Positions 1 to 13,579 of a DNA stretch of 64,000 nt are shown piece after piece. Under the pieces are notes generated by a model that worked only from the letters and a program-made list of their open reading frames with translations, made no database searches and had not been told where the DNA came from. Origin of the DNA: Lama guanicoe (taxonomy: Eukaryota); assembly GCA_013239625.1 (NCBI GenBank), contig MU053934.1, forward strand, positions 341,241 to 405,240. Direction: 5' to 3'. Each line of letters starts with the position of its first letter. Within the stretch, counting starts at the first letter, position 1. The position numbers were made by a program, and so were the translations under genes.

Positions 1-739
1 GTTACCATCCCCACTTTGCTGGCAGGAATCAGCGGTTCAGAGATTTGAGAAGTGTCAAGGTTATAAAGACGGTGAGAGGCTGGATGGGGAGCAACCCTAA
101 GGAAAGACTCGGATGTCTCTGTCCTGTCACCCTGGGAATGGACACTTGAGTTGGGTAAGGAAGAGGGGAAAGAAATACAACACAGCTACTTCTAGAAATC
201 TGTCTTTCCTCCTCTTCCCCATGAGCCTCAGTGTCCTCCAGCTCGCTTCACAGAGGACCTGGTCCCTGTGCATGAAGGCACATCACACAATGCACGGAAG
301 CCCCGCCTCCCCTGTTGGGGGAACAGTGTGGCTGTCTGGCCCCATCCCAGGAGGAGCACAGACCTGACACTCAGGATGTGGCTGGCTTGATGATAAAGTG
401 GCAGTTTGGGGCAGGAGGTGACATCACTCACTGGGGATGGGCTGCAGGCTCAGGGGCTCCAAACACATCCAAGGTGAGCTCAGGGATCTTCCTCTGATGG
501 GTTCTGCTCCCCCTCCTTGCTGCTCACAGCTTGCCTGTCACACCTTGCCCAGCCTTTGGACTTGCTGATCCCCACCTGCCACCACCCAACTGGCCTCCTA
601 ACAGATGCGGCAAATCCAGCCAGGGAGGCACAGGGCTGGCATCCCCAGGTTCTACACCCTAAGTCCAGCAAAGGAAAACTGTCATAACCTGGTGGGACCA
701 TCTTAATAAAACAGCTCTATTTTCATCCCTAAAAGGAAA

Positions 740-1140
740 CACCTCAAGACAGCTTCAGCCCGGACTTCTCTGTAAGGCCCAGACCCGTCACTTTATCTCC
801 GTACATTCAAGACTGAACTTGTCATCCGGGTCCACTCAGCCTCCCTGTCCATCTCTAACCCAGGTCCTCCTCTTGCCCCCAAGGACAACATCCTGCCTCA
901 GGCCACTATCCTATTTTGCTTGGACCACCGCAGTAGCCAGCCTCCCACCTACTATCTGAACTGTCTTCCAAGGCCCTGGTTTCCTGCTTCAGATTTCAGA
1001 TCATCCCACACTCCAGCCAAAGCAACCTTTCAAATCTGAAAATCTAGTATCCTTTTCTGTCCCTGAAACTCTGAACAGTCTTTCAGTTACCTTTGGGTGA
1101 AACCCAAAGCTGTAACTTATAAAACCTTTCGTAGTTCTCT
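740..1140 (+). mobile_element. LINE L2 fragment (degenerate)
   Basis: Resembles the L2 3' region (ggccactatcct...cttggaccaccgcagtagcc...ctggtttcctgcttc...cacactccagccaaagcaacctttcaaa). Confidence 0.5.
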
Positions 1141-1164
1141 GGCCTTATTTTTAGAATCACATGC

Positions 1165-1665
1165 CTTATTCATTTAGTCCAGAAACCATGTACTGAGCGC
1201 CCTTCCTCTGCCAGGCATTGTCTCAGGTGCCGGGAAAGCGTCGGGAGCAAGGCAGACAGAACAAGGCCTCTCCCCGTGTGGTGCTTCTGTCTCAGCAGGA
1301 AAGACACAGGAGCCCGGTGAAGCCAGCCGTGTCCCTGGGACCTGGGTCCGTGCTGCTCGCTGCGGGGAGCAGAACGGCCATCTCAGTAAGTAACTATTAA
1401 CTGGATGAGAAGGTGAGGGGTGCCGTCACAAAGGTGAAGTGAGCGGGGTGAGAAGGACGGGACGCAGGGGATCTCAGGACGCAGGATTAAAGGGGACAGT
1501 CGGGGGGAATCTGGCTGAGAAGCTGAGATTTGAGCAAAGACTTAAAGGGACTTATGGCAGCAAGACAGGGAGAGGTCTGGGGTCCAAGCGGCCCCCGCAG
1601 GTGGACATCAGAGCAAAGGACCAAAGGCAGAGGCCACCTGGCCTGTTTGAGGAGCAGAGTTAATG
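1165..1665 (-). mobile_element. LINE L2 3' fragment
   Basis: attcattt...tgtactgagcgccctt...tgccaggcattgtctcaggtgc... agatttgagcaaagacttaaagg; typical antisense L2 end. Confidence 0.6.
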
Positions 1666-1904
1666 TTTCTTTCAGGGTCTGCACCACCCTCTCTGGGCCT
1701 CAGGTCTTTGGATACGACACCCCCCCACCTAAGTGGGGCCATGGAGGCTGAGGTCCCCATGCCTCTTCCCTGCGGAAGCCTCCCTGACCTCCCAGCCCAC
1801 CTGGCCAGGATTGCATTCCCCAAAATGTGATTCCACTTCACGCTGGATTCTGCCTTTCAAGGTACTTTCCGCATAACGTGACTGTGTGTTAAGCTGGATT
1901 TAGA

Positions 1905-2085
1905 ATCCAGCGGCTAAAAGTGAGGGCTCTGAGGTCAGCCTGGGGTCAGCCTGGCTTCTATCCAGGCTCTGCCACTGCCTCATTGCCTGGTCTTGGGCAA
2001 GGAACTTAAAGACCTCTGAGGGCCGAGGAGCCGGACCAGCGCCTGACACAGAAAAAGCATCTAATGGAAATTAGCAACATGAGGG
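1905..2085 (+). mobile_element. MIR SINE fragment
   Basis: gggctctgaggtcagcc...ccaggctctgccact...tcttgggcaaggaacttaa...ctctgag. Confidence 0.6.
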
Positions 2086-3582
2086 CAGGTCTGGGTCTGC
2101 CTGACTTACTGTTTTATCCCCAGGACCTAGGACAGGTCCAAGGGCTCAAAAGATAACAAACTGATGAAAGAATGGGTGAATGAAAGAATGTGGAAACCCC
2201 AACTCTCAGGAGTTTCAGGTTGAAAAAACAAGATGAAAATGACGAATGCAGAAGGAAAGGAAGGGAGTTACTTGTTAAGTACTGTGCAAGGCAGAGCCAT
2301 TTGCCGACTTAACCACCAAATGTAGCCTGTGGGGCAGTGATTACTGTACTGTACCCGCTCCCCCACGTTCGCAGAACAGCAACACAAGAGGCTCAGGCAA
2401 GGCAAAAGAGTTTTTCTCAAACAGCGAGAGAAGGCAGATCCATGTCAAAGTTTATCTGAAAAATAATTAAAACCGCTTCCCCAAATTTGCCAGGACTGAA
2501 AGTCCCGAGAGCCCCCCACAGCGAGCATCTCCGCTTGTCGATGGAAGAACCATGACGCATCTCCGGAGAGGATCAGCGCGTAGCTCCTGGATTCTCGGTG
2601 GAAGGCAGGGCGGACAACAGGTGTGCAGCAGGTGGAGGGAGGGAGGATAAGGGGCCACAGGAAGCTTCCCAGGAATTAGAAGGTGAAAAAGAGAACTGGG
2701 CAATGAAACTGGGTGCTGAGGAAGGAAGCCCGCAGTTACCAGGAGTGCAGGGCAACACTGACACCACAGCCCAGATGAAAAAGAAGTGCCCCAGCCTTTT
2801 AGCGGAATCTTACGACGGACAACGAAGACCACAGACAGCTCGGCTCTGTCCCGGCAGAGTTCCAGCACCTCCGCACCGACACTGCGTCCCTCACGTGCAC
2901 AGCGCAGCTGGAGTCATTTTACAGCACTTTATGGCAGACTTTATAGCTTTTAAAATTTCTGTTTTTCTTCCCCGTGGCAAAACAGTCTCTCAAGTTCAGG
3001 AATTGTCGGGAGCAGATGTGCGGTGAGCGGGGCCCTGTCTGCCACCAGCACCCGCAGGAGAGGACCACACCAGGCCGGGCCGAAGGGGGCGGCTTTCGGC
3101 TGGTTATATGGTCATCCTGAAAGGCCTTCTTTGATTCCTTTTATACCAGCTGAAGGGAGGGAAGCATGAAGCTTCATTTGGAAGTTGGAGAAAGGGCAGG
3201 GGTGGGTAAGAACAAACTCACACAGGAGAGAGGAGGAAGGAAGGGTGAAAGGAAATCCTGCGGCCTGAGCATCCACTGGGAACCAGTGGACCACTGCCTG
3301 GACCTCACATCACTAAGAGAAGACACCAGGATTTTCCTTGTACAGGTGCAGGAGTGAGGCTGACAGATGCTAAAACAACACCCCAAGCCATCCTCTGATG
3401 AGGAGACCAGCAGGGATTTAAAACTTGGTACCTTCCTCTGCAAAGCTTTCCCTACTCCACCAGTTCCAATGAGAAAGGGAGAGAAGTTGGGGAGAGAGGA
3501 GGGAGGGAAGGAGGGAGGGAGGGGCAGGCCACGGCCAGGTAAGAAGGAGAGAGGAGACCTGAAGACAGGTCCAAGAGGACCT

Positions 3583-3821
3583 ACACTAGCTACTGTGTAT
3601 AAAACATAGACAGACGACAAGGTCCTACTGGACAGCCCCGGGAGCTGTATTCAGTATCGTGTCGTCACCTATAATGAAAAAGAATATGAAAACGAATATA
3701 TGTATGTATATGTATGATGGAAACGTTACGCTGTGCACCAGAAACTGACACAACACTGCAAACTGACTACACTTCAATTAAAAAAAGAACGGGGAAGAAA
3801 AAGAAAAAGAAAAAAGAAAGG
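3583..3821 (+). mobile_element. 5'-truncated artiodactyl/camelid-type L1 3' UTR with A-rich tail
   Basis: caaggtcctactg...acctataatgaaaaagaatatgaaaacgaatatatgtatgtatatgtatga...ctgtgcaccagaaactgacac...cttcaattaaaaaaa followed by a GA/A-rich tail. Confidence 0.85.
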
Positions 3822-4519
3822 AAGAATATCTAAAACCCCCTTCAAGGCAAGTGATCATAATCACAAAAGCTCTACGAATGTCTTTTCAAAAATGATACTT
3901 CGGTGTTCTTCGTACTGAGCATTTTTACATTACTTTACACTTGGAGCCACCCCAGCCCCGACGGCTGTGGGGACAAAGCTGCCAGGCAATGAGCAGACAT
4001 GCATTTCCATCTCTGCCCTCATCCCACGCCCGCTGGCAGGAGTCCTGAGAAAACGGAACGCGAAAGACCGTGCCTGTGATCTGGTGTGTTTCCCGCAAGG
4101 ACCCTGCTGGTATTGTTCCTTGTTCACTGAGGCCCAGAGAAGTCAAGTAACCTGCCCGGGGTCACAGAATCCCTGCGGGAAGCCCCGATTCTGGCGTATT
4201 CTACTGGACCGCGTTGAGGACATGGTGGGGGGGGGCTTTGACGGATCACAGAGACTTTAAAGAGGATGTTTTGGGAAGTCACAGCTGGGCCAGGATTCTG
4301 GAGACTGAGGTTTTATTTTCTCAAATTCAGAGAAAACCACACTTCCTCATGCCTCTGATTCTGCCCCCATGCCTGCTCTCTAAAAGCCTGCATCATCTTG
4401 GGCCCACCTCTGCAAACTTTCTACGGTCACTGAGGGTTCTTTCATCCACCTGACTTTGGTTTCTCCAAAGAGACACTAAGCTCCACCCTCCCCTCTTCCG
4501 GGCAGAGCGGGGGCAGGGT

Positions 4520-4755
4520 GCACAGTGCTGGATTTAGAGCTGGACCATCTGAGTTCAAATCCCAGTTCCACTACTTAAGAGCTGAGACGCTGGGTAAGCT
4601 GCTTTGCCTCCCTAACCATCGGTTCCCAAATCTTGAAAATAGGAACATTAACAGTAATTACTTCAAGGGAGTGCCGTGAGGATTAAATGAGTTTACCCAG
4701 AGAGTGTTTAACAGAGTGGTTGGCACAGGATCAGTGCTTACAAATGTGAACTGGA
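4520..4755 (+). mobile_element. MIR SINE, near full length
   Basis: ctgagttcaaatcccagttccactactta...tgaaaataggaac...gtgaggattaaatgag...tggcacag...gtgcttacaaatgt. Confidence 0.75.
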
Positions 4756-5404
4756 ATTAGTCTATTGGAGCCTTAAAAAACACCCACTGCTGTGACATAT
4801 TTGTCCACACCGTGGAGATGTGAGGGTAAGCAGGGTAACACCCACCTGGCCTCGAGACCCTGCCAACACCTGCTTCCAGGCCAGAACTCAGCACCATGGC
4901 AACAAGACCTTCTTAAAGGAAAGGCATTTGTCCTTATGAGGAGAAAGACTGTCCTGAACATTCAGCACGGCTTTCCTCCAAAAGCTTCACATTACGGGTG
5001 TGCGCCCATCACTTACGCCTTTACAGCATCTTCTCCAAACTGCTAAGATCAGATAGTATTTCCAAATTTTCATGCAGTCAAACTGTGGCACTCAGGGGTC
5101 CAGCTGACTCACGATGGGCGGCCACACCCACACTGAGATGCAGACCCTGCCTCCCAGGTGCCCTCCCCCGGGGCCGGGGGGAAGCCTGGAGGGGGCGCCG
5201 CAGGCAGCAGGGAGAGCACGGACCCCCAGCCCGGCAGTCTGGGGCAACAGCCCTTTGACCATGAAAAGTTATTTAACCTCTTGGGCCCCGTTTATTTTCA
5301 TTTTCAAATGTGCAATGCGTCTAGCTCAGTGCCTGGAACAGAAGAAGTATTTAAGAAGCAGTGCTTTTATCCCCTTTTGCTTGGCAAGTACTCATTTTAT
5401 CCGC

Positions 5405-6330
5405 CAGCCTCCTCCCCAGCTCCACGTGGACGTCCAATTAGGTATTTGGAATTTAAAATGCCTCAAACCAAATTCCTGACCGTCCCCCAGGACCCGTTTG
5501 TCTTGCTATCTTCTCCATCGCACAAATGTCACCTCACCCTTCCAGCTACCTTGGGGGCATCCTCGACCCCGATCTCTCTACTCCTCACATCCAATCAACA
5601 GAACATCCCGGCAATCCGGCCTTTAGAAGGTGCCCCAATACAATGACGTCTTTCCCTGCTTCTGCCCCTTTCAAGTCTGGAGCCGACGGCACGTCTCACC
5701 TGGGTGACTGCTACCATCTCCTACAGGGTTTCTGTGCTTCCTTTTAATCTCAAAAGGGTGCCCAGGGTGATCCATTAAAAACATAAATCAGGTCACACCA
5801 CTCCTCTGCTCAAAGCTGGACGCTGGCTTCCCACAGCTCTGCGATCTGCGATCTGCCCTCACTAGCCCCCGCCCTCTCCCGGGCTCACTCTGCTCTGCTC
5901 TGCATGCTGTCCTGGCCCCCAAAAAAGCCAGGCCACATGGCTCCTGAAACTTCACACTTGCTGTTCCTTCTCCCCGATGGACACGATTCCTCTTCTCCTA
6001 GAGAGCCGGCCTGCTCGGCCTCTAAACTGCTTCAGATTTTTGCTTAAATGTCACTTTTCATGTAAGACCTTCCATTATGACCCTATTTGACTATGAAAAC
6101 ACACACACATACACAGATTCCTTGGCTCCTTTCTCTCATTTCCCCCTGAGCACTAATCACCGCCTAATACACATTTTATTTGTTGTTGCTGTTGATTGTC
6201 TCTCTCCCCCGACTCAAATACATGCTCACAGGGATAAGGATTGAACTTGCTCTATTCTTGGAATATTCCCCATAGTTGGCAAACTCTCTGGCAGCTAGTA
6301 GGGGTCCAGGAAACAAGACTGAATGGGTGA
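5405..6330 (+). mobile_element. LINE L2 (L2a-like) 3' ~0.9 kb
   Basis: ctccacgtggacgtccaattaggtat...aaaccaaattcctgac...aaatcaggtcacaccactcctctgctcaaa...cttgctgttccttctccc...tgcttaaatgtcac... ending gactgaatgggtga. Confidence 0.75.
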
Positions 6331-7304
6331 CTCCGAATTCTACCATCAATGGCACGTCTGATTCTTTCTGTTAAGAACCAGCGGCTCTGAGAACTTTCCA
6401 GCTGTTGGAGCAGGCTTGATAAGGATGCAGATGAGGTGGGGTTGGGAGCAGTGGGGAGAGGCATCCGCCACGCAGGTTAAGTCAGGGCTCAGGGAGCACG
6501 CGGACAGCCCCGAGAGACACACGAAGGTGCCGGTGCCCGAGGCTGGGGATGGTCCGAGCCCCTGCCAAAAAGCTTCTTACTCACTCCTCCACGTAACGAG
6601 TTTAGGTGAGGGGGATTTCACAGCATCCTGGAGGAGTCAAGCCGCTATGGGACTGGACACTGGAGACACTGCAGCCCCAGGTAACTAGCTGTCCCCAACC
6701 AGAGGAAAATCAACGAGGCCAAACTGCATCAGCGTCACTCAAAATGTTCACAGTGAAAGGTGTCAACTGTGATCGCCACTCTGAGAGGGGAACGCTCCCT
6801 CTTGAATCAGAGCGTCTTACGTTTACGGGTCTGTCCTGAGGGACTTTCTTCCTGTTTCATGACATGGCTTCTAATCTTTCCAGTTTAGGGAAAAATGACC
6901 ACACACACATACACACACCCGAAACCCTGTACAAAAGTGTGCATATGGAAAAGAGAAGAGAGAACTTATTTTCTTCTCACTTCCATATTTTCCCAGAAAA
7001 GTTAGGGTGGGCGTGGGGAAACCTCGGAGGCTTCTGCACTCCGCTGTGGGTGACAGATGAAAGTGGAACGCAGCAGGCTTTGCTTGCGAGCCCCTTGAAG
7101 GCAGCTGCCCCTGTTCTAACAGCGGCATCTAATGTATTCCTCTGCACAGCGGGAGTCTGACTGATGCTAGAAATAAACCAACGAAAGGAGGAACAAATAA
7201 AACGCAGCCCATTAACTCGACTCCTTGTATTCAAATTTCCCCTGCCCTGACCTTGGCCCGTATTCCTGCTCTGCCCCCAGGAACTGCCCTGAGTCTCAGA
7301 TCCC

Positions 7305-7337
7305 TCCAAATCCAAATCCAAATCCAAATCCCAATCC
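7305..7337. repeat. (TCCAAA)n hexanucleotide microsatellite, ~5 units
   Basis: tccaaatccaaatccaaatccaaatcccaatcc read directly. Confidence 0.9.
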
Positions 7338-9469
7338 CGGGGCCAGCTCTGGGAGCAGAGAGAGTCCTGGGAGCGTTCCCATCCATGGCTGGTGGAGGGG
7401 GATGGCATTTAAGACCAGGACTGTGACTGCTGTTGTGGTTGGCGACAGAGCCCCACCAGCCCTGGGGCGGGTCCTAGCCAGGACAGGAGAAATGTGATGC
7501 CTGGCTGCGAGGTGGCAATTAGTGACCACCTGTTCCGGTGACTTTGTGGAATCCCGCTTGTCCAGGGGAGCCCTGCAGCTGTCAATGCACACTGCCAGCT
7601 GGGTTTCTCCGGAAGCGGACCCCGCCATGGACGTGAGCACACGGGAAGTTAATTTAGGGAGAGCTCTTGGGACAGCACCTGTGAAGCGGGAGGACGAGCA
7701 GGATGGGGCAGAGGGAGAAAGGGAGCTGCCAGGCAGACTCCAAGGAACGCTACAGTGGATTCTGCAAGGTTCCCCAAGCATCAGTCACTCCACGCTGTGG
7801 GCGCCTCAGGAGGGGGCGTGGCCACAGGCAAGGTGACTCTTCACCTGAGACCTTTCCCAAGGGGGCCAAGGGCTGAGGGCCGCCCGCAGGCAATGCTCCC
7901 AGCAGCTGCAGGAAGGAGCCCTTTACTCCAGAGGGGAATGTGGTCGTCCACTGCGCACAACCACTGCTCTCATCCGGCGAGCCGGAACACGGTGGTCACC
8001 TCCTCTGTGACACTGTCCCAGCTGGGTTCTCTGCCCTCTTCAGGAGAGGCAACAACTCTCATGCTCCTTCACGGCTCAGTCCTTCAGAGCCAGCACCCAG
8101 TGGATATCTCCTTACAGCCAGGGACTCCCAGCCAACTCCCAATGAGTGCCTGTTGACTAAATACATCACTGAGTACTGAACACCAGCAGGAAAATAGGGA
8201 TGTGATGCCACAACGTTATAGAAAAACTGTCCCCAATGAGTTTAATGTAATCAGAAAAAACAAGTAGACATAGGGGGGCTTCAAAAGAGATGCACCTGAT
8301 GCCAGTACACACATGCATTCTGGTCCAGCTCCGGGTGGAACCCTCACTCCACCAAGCTTCCATTTCTTTATTTGTATAAATAAAATAAAAGGACAGATCC
8401 AAGCATTCTACAAAGAGATTGGAAAGCTGAGACACTCGGTTTCAACAGTTTTGCTAAATGATATCTTTATTAGTGTCATTATTGACACGGGTAAGGAAAA
8501 TTTTGATCCTGACAAGGAAGAGTCTGAGGGTCAGAGTGTCTCCCCCCATGGTGTGCTGAGGCCTTTATTTTGTTTTCTATTACCCCATTGCAAGGAGGCC
8601 CCTAGAAGGAAGCAGGCAGCGACTGGAGTGGGTGAGGAATTTACTCCTCTGTCCATGAATGGAAACTGAACCCAACTGGAATATCCTGTGGTTTATGAAA
8701 ACGCTGCAATTTAACATCACTAAGTGGTGTTTCATCTTCACAGGATAAGGAGCTACCCAGAGGAGGCAGGAGGGATTTTAAACACAGAATCTAGAGGGTG
8801 AAAAAAAAAATCTCACTGCCAAATGCATCTGTCATTGTATTTGTCTAATATCGAGAAGAATTTTTAAAATAATGCAGTTTTAAGGAAGACAGCTGGAAGA
8901 GGGGTATTAAAATGACAGTCCAAGGCTGGTGCTAGCCTGCCACTTCCCTCCTGCATCCACGCCAGTTATGTACACCCATCGGGCTCACAACTCCCCACCT
9001 CACACTCACACACACCTCGGGGTAGTGGCAAGAACTACAGTAACGGCTAAGAAGGAACCAGAAGGGACGTCTTATCAAGCCAAACTTTTATCCTTCCTTA
9101 AAATGACAAACCACACCGTTAATGAAACCAAAGCCATAAGAACACTTTCAAACACTCTGTAATCAATACCCATCTCCACCACCTCACAGGGTTTCTTGGC
9201 AATCAAAGTGCCATTTGATAAAAAGACAAAACCGATAAACGCACGACTCCACGCAGGGAAGTCAGCACTTAATCATCTGCATACGAAATACACACATTTG
9301 ATACCATCTCCTACAAATCCATTCAGCAATCCTCAACTGGGCTCCCCCTCTGAACATCGACCTCCCCTCTTCAAGTGTTAAAGAAAGGCAAACACATCCC
9401 AGTTTCCCTCTAACACGTTTCAAACGGCAGTAGAGCCGAGGCGCAGCTATAGTCGTAATTCCTTATTCA

Positions 9470-9754
<285 letters not shown>

Positions 9755-10500
9755 CTAGACAGGGTAGTGAAGAGAGGGAGTTGGAGAAAAGGAAGAAAAA
9801 ATCTCTATGTTAATTTTTTGCATCACCATTATAAACAGTGCTTGGTACATAAAAAATACCCAATAAAAACCTGTTGAGCACATAAATGAATATTTTCTTA
9901 AAAGATTGGTTCTCATTATTTACAGTTTGGCATGTTAAGTTTTTTTTGGAAGAAAACCTGTCCGAATCAAGGGAGAGGGAAAGCAGTATTTATAAAATAA
10001 TTATCACCTGCAAACACTAAGCTCAGATTTTTTTAAAGTAAGATTTTTTGTTAGCATAGAAATTATACAGGCTCATTGGAGAAAATCAGCATATGCACAA
10101 AAGGAGAAATAAAAGTTCAAGAACTGAATCAGACTGTATATATAAATCGGTACCTAACTGTTTCTAGGTAGATACATTTCTTCAAGTCATATTCCATTTT
10201 TCCGTCATTAAAAACTACTACTTAATGGTGTTGTTAAAGCTCGTGCATATCTGTTTTATTTTTACAACTGTGATTGAGCAGTTTGGTGCTGCACAACTCT
10301 TTTGGAACTCAGAGAAACACCCAAGAAGGACCTGGTCATAATCTATGCAGCCCTCTTCACTGGGTAGCAAGACGGGGTATACACACACAGAAGGATGACC
10401 ACGGAGAGCTAGCACTGAAATCCTGACGATATAGACGGGGAACAAATGTCCCACAGGTGACCAGAATCATCAGCAAGTCACACACCTTGGTACCACGTGG

Positions 10501-10534
10501 TAACAATAATAATAATAATAATTAATAATAATAA
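10501..10534. repeat. (TAA)n imperfect microsatellite
   Basis: taacaataataataataataattaataataataa. Confidence 0.9.
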
Positions 10535-11599
10535 CCAAGGCTCATAATAATACCTAATAGTGGAGTGATGAAGGCTCCCAGAAGTACAGGTCACTAATGA
10601 AGACCACTATGGGCAGGGAATCTCCTTGGAAGCCAAAGCACTCTTAGTTTCAAGAAGTTAACAGTTGTAATGGAACCTTTAATGGAAAAGGTGGTCACTT
10701 AATCAAGATTCCAAAAACTATCCCCCTCTTTTATCTTTATAATTCCACTTTGGGACACTGTCCTTAAAAAAAATAGTCAAACTTAAAAACAAAGAGACCA
10801 CAGTTTTATTCCCAGAAGTGTTCACCGCGACGCTGTAAAAGTGAAGAAACAGCAACAATCCAAGGGCTGAGAAATTGAACCGTTAATTAAAACATGCTAG
10901 TTAAAAAATCTGATAGCATACGCTGGAAGGCTAAAAACAATGGAGATGAAATATGCTTCTCTTATTTCTTCTCAATGTTAAAAGAAAAAAAAAGAAGTTT
11001 CAAAATTGCTTTTGCTTAATAACCACAATGTATAATCAAACGTGAAAACACGCCCACCCAACTTCATGCAGAAGGAAAAAAGAAATGGAAGCAGGCATCA
11101 AATGACTAACAGCAATCATTCGGGGATGATGGGAGAATCAGTGTCTCTCTCTATATATGTATGTATATATTACACACACACATTTAATCTGTACTTTTCA
11201 ACTTTTGAAAATGAGCAACTATAACTGTTGTAAAGAGAAACTAAGCACTGCATTATTTTTAAACATATCAAGATCTGGTGACAGTGGGAAACAGGAATGC
11301 GTTTAGGGAAGTTATGAAAAAATCCCCTCTGTGTTGATCCACATGACCCGTTCCATCTCCCACAACTGTGCCACATCACGCCTTCATCTCCAGTTTATTT
11401 GAAAATATTTTATCTGCTCCTTATTCTCAGTTTTGCAATGGTCCTTTGCATAAGTGAGTGCACTTTTGACCAGAAGAAAGGAAACGTAAACCGATGGACA
11501 GAACTCTTCACCAAGACAAAGACTCATCCACTGTCTGTGATCCCTGTCACCGTGTTCCTGGACAGCACGGAGGAGGGAGAAGAGAGACAAAAGTTCTAG

Positions 11600-11735
11600 C
11601 ATGGACTCCAGCCCCATACGAAGTGCTGATCTCTCTAAGCCTCAGTTTCTTTACCTGTAAAATGGAGATGCTGCCTACATCACACGGTGGATGTAGAAAT
11701 TAAAGGACATTAAAGGACTCCAGTGCTTGGAATAC
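11600..11735 (+). mobile_element. MIR core fragment
   Basis: ctctctaagcctcagtttctttacctgtaaaatggagat. Confidence 0.65.
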
Positions 11736-13579
11736 AAAGACCCTCTGCAGATACATGCTCCCACCCTTCTTCCTGCTTCTCCCTCCTCATTTCGATGCCT
11801 CTGTAACTGCTTTGTATTGAAGGTGGGGGTCCTGGATACAGTACAGCATTGAACCACAGGTCCTAGAGTCAGACACAGCTGCAGATTTGGGCCTTGTCAG
11901 TTAGTCTCCATGTCAACCTGGACAAGTTTGCTCAGTCTTCCTGAGCTTCTGCCGTTAATAAGGGCAGTCACTTCTAGGGGTGTAGGTGAATGCAGAATTT
12001 AGGGGCAGGAACAAGGCACTGCGCAGACTCGGGGAGGGGAAGGATGGGGGACCATTACCACCCACGGCCTGAAGGGCCAATGCCAGCAGCTGCTAGAATC
12101 CAGAGAGGAGGGAGCCAGATGAATCAGCCACCTGGCAGGAGCAGTGACCTTCAGGAGAGGGACATGGCCTTGCTGTGACAATTCCACAGGATGGATCGGG
12201 GAGAGAGATCTCAGCTCCTCTCTCCTCCTACCCACTGGTCTCCCGCAAGGGCACCTACTGAGCGAACCCAAACAGAAGCCAGCAAGGGAGTGAGCTCAGG
12301 GTGGCAGCACTTAGGTATCAGCCCCAAGAGGCACGAAGCAGAGTGAAGAAGAGAGAGGGCGAACTTGGAGGGAGAAACCTAATACAACAGCACAATCGTT
12401 CACTTAAAGTAATGATGGCAAGGTCAAGGTGCCACGCCTCACACATCACAGACGTCTATGTGATGGGTGGGTGGGTGGACGGATGAACAGCTGGATGGAT
12501 GGACAGCTGGGTGGATGGCACGGGAAGGTGAGTGCTTTGCCTACAATCCTCAGCAAGCAAGATGCAAAGCTATAGCTGGAACCTGCCAGGTAAACGCTGG
12601 CATTCTTTCCCCAAACCATGTTATCCCTCCTTTGGAGTTTGCTTCCGGACTAGCTGTCACTTTAAGATCTGAGGCCTGAGGACCCCAAGTAATTCCCTCC
12701 AGGGGGTTTATAAAGCTCTTCCTTGGGTAAGCCTTCGCCTTTAAAACCCAGCTTGGTTTCCTCCCTCCCTTGAGAATCTGCCTGAACGCGAACGTGGCAA
12801 TCATCGGCCCATGCTGCAGAGCCGTGCTATTTAATCAGCCCTCTGATTAACTTATTCATCTATTTTGGTTACCATCAAAGCAGGAGAGCCTGGTGAAGGC
12901 TGAACACCAGCGCGTTGGGTTAAGCTGTCTAATTAGATTGCTCCAACTCCCGGCTCTATTTTTCACACACGTGTGAGGCACTCAGATGCATCACAGAACA
13001 GTAGGAATACAGGAATAAATTAATCTCAACATGAGCCCAGGCCTGAACGTCGCCCCAAGTCCCCAACTTAATCCATAATCAATTAAGTTAGAGTGTTCAT
13101 TTAGAGGTAAAGGAAGCATTTGGATGAGTTTGTATTCAGAAAGAAAACTAAGGAATCTATGAGGGGAAAGAACGTGTGGGAAGAAACATCCGTTTATTAT
13201 AAATGGCTCCTGTTCTTAGAGGTAGCACGTTCCACGCTCTCCCCGCCTCTGTCCAATTCCTGCTCTTCCTCCGAGTCTCAACCTAGAAGGCAACAGCCTG
13301 CAGTCATCCCCTCCCCACTGCCGGGGGCTGGGAGAGGGCCCCCCATGCAAGCTGTTTCCATCCACCGCACAGCAAGCTATCACTCTGTGTCTAGTTTTCC
13401 AAGCCTCTCTTCTGCTCTGAAACGCAACTCCTTGAGGCAAGGATGATGCCATTTGTACGGTGGTAACAACAGAGTCAGCCCAGCCTGGGTTCAAATGCTA
13501 CTTTTGACATTTTCTCAACTAGAAGCAGAGGCCTCCATAACTGCTGGGGTCCAGATCAGTACAGGTCACTGGAAGAGGC

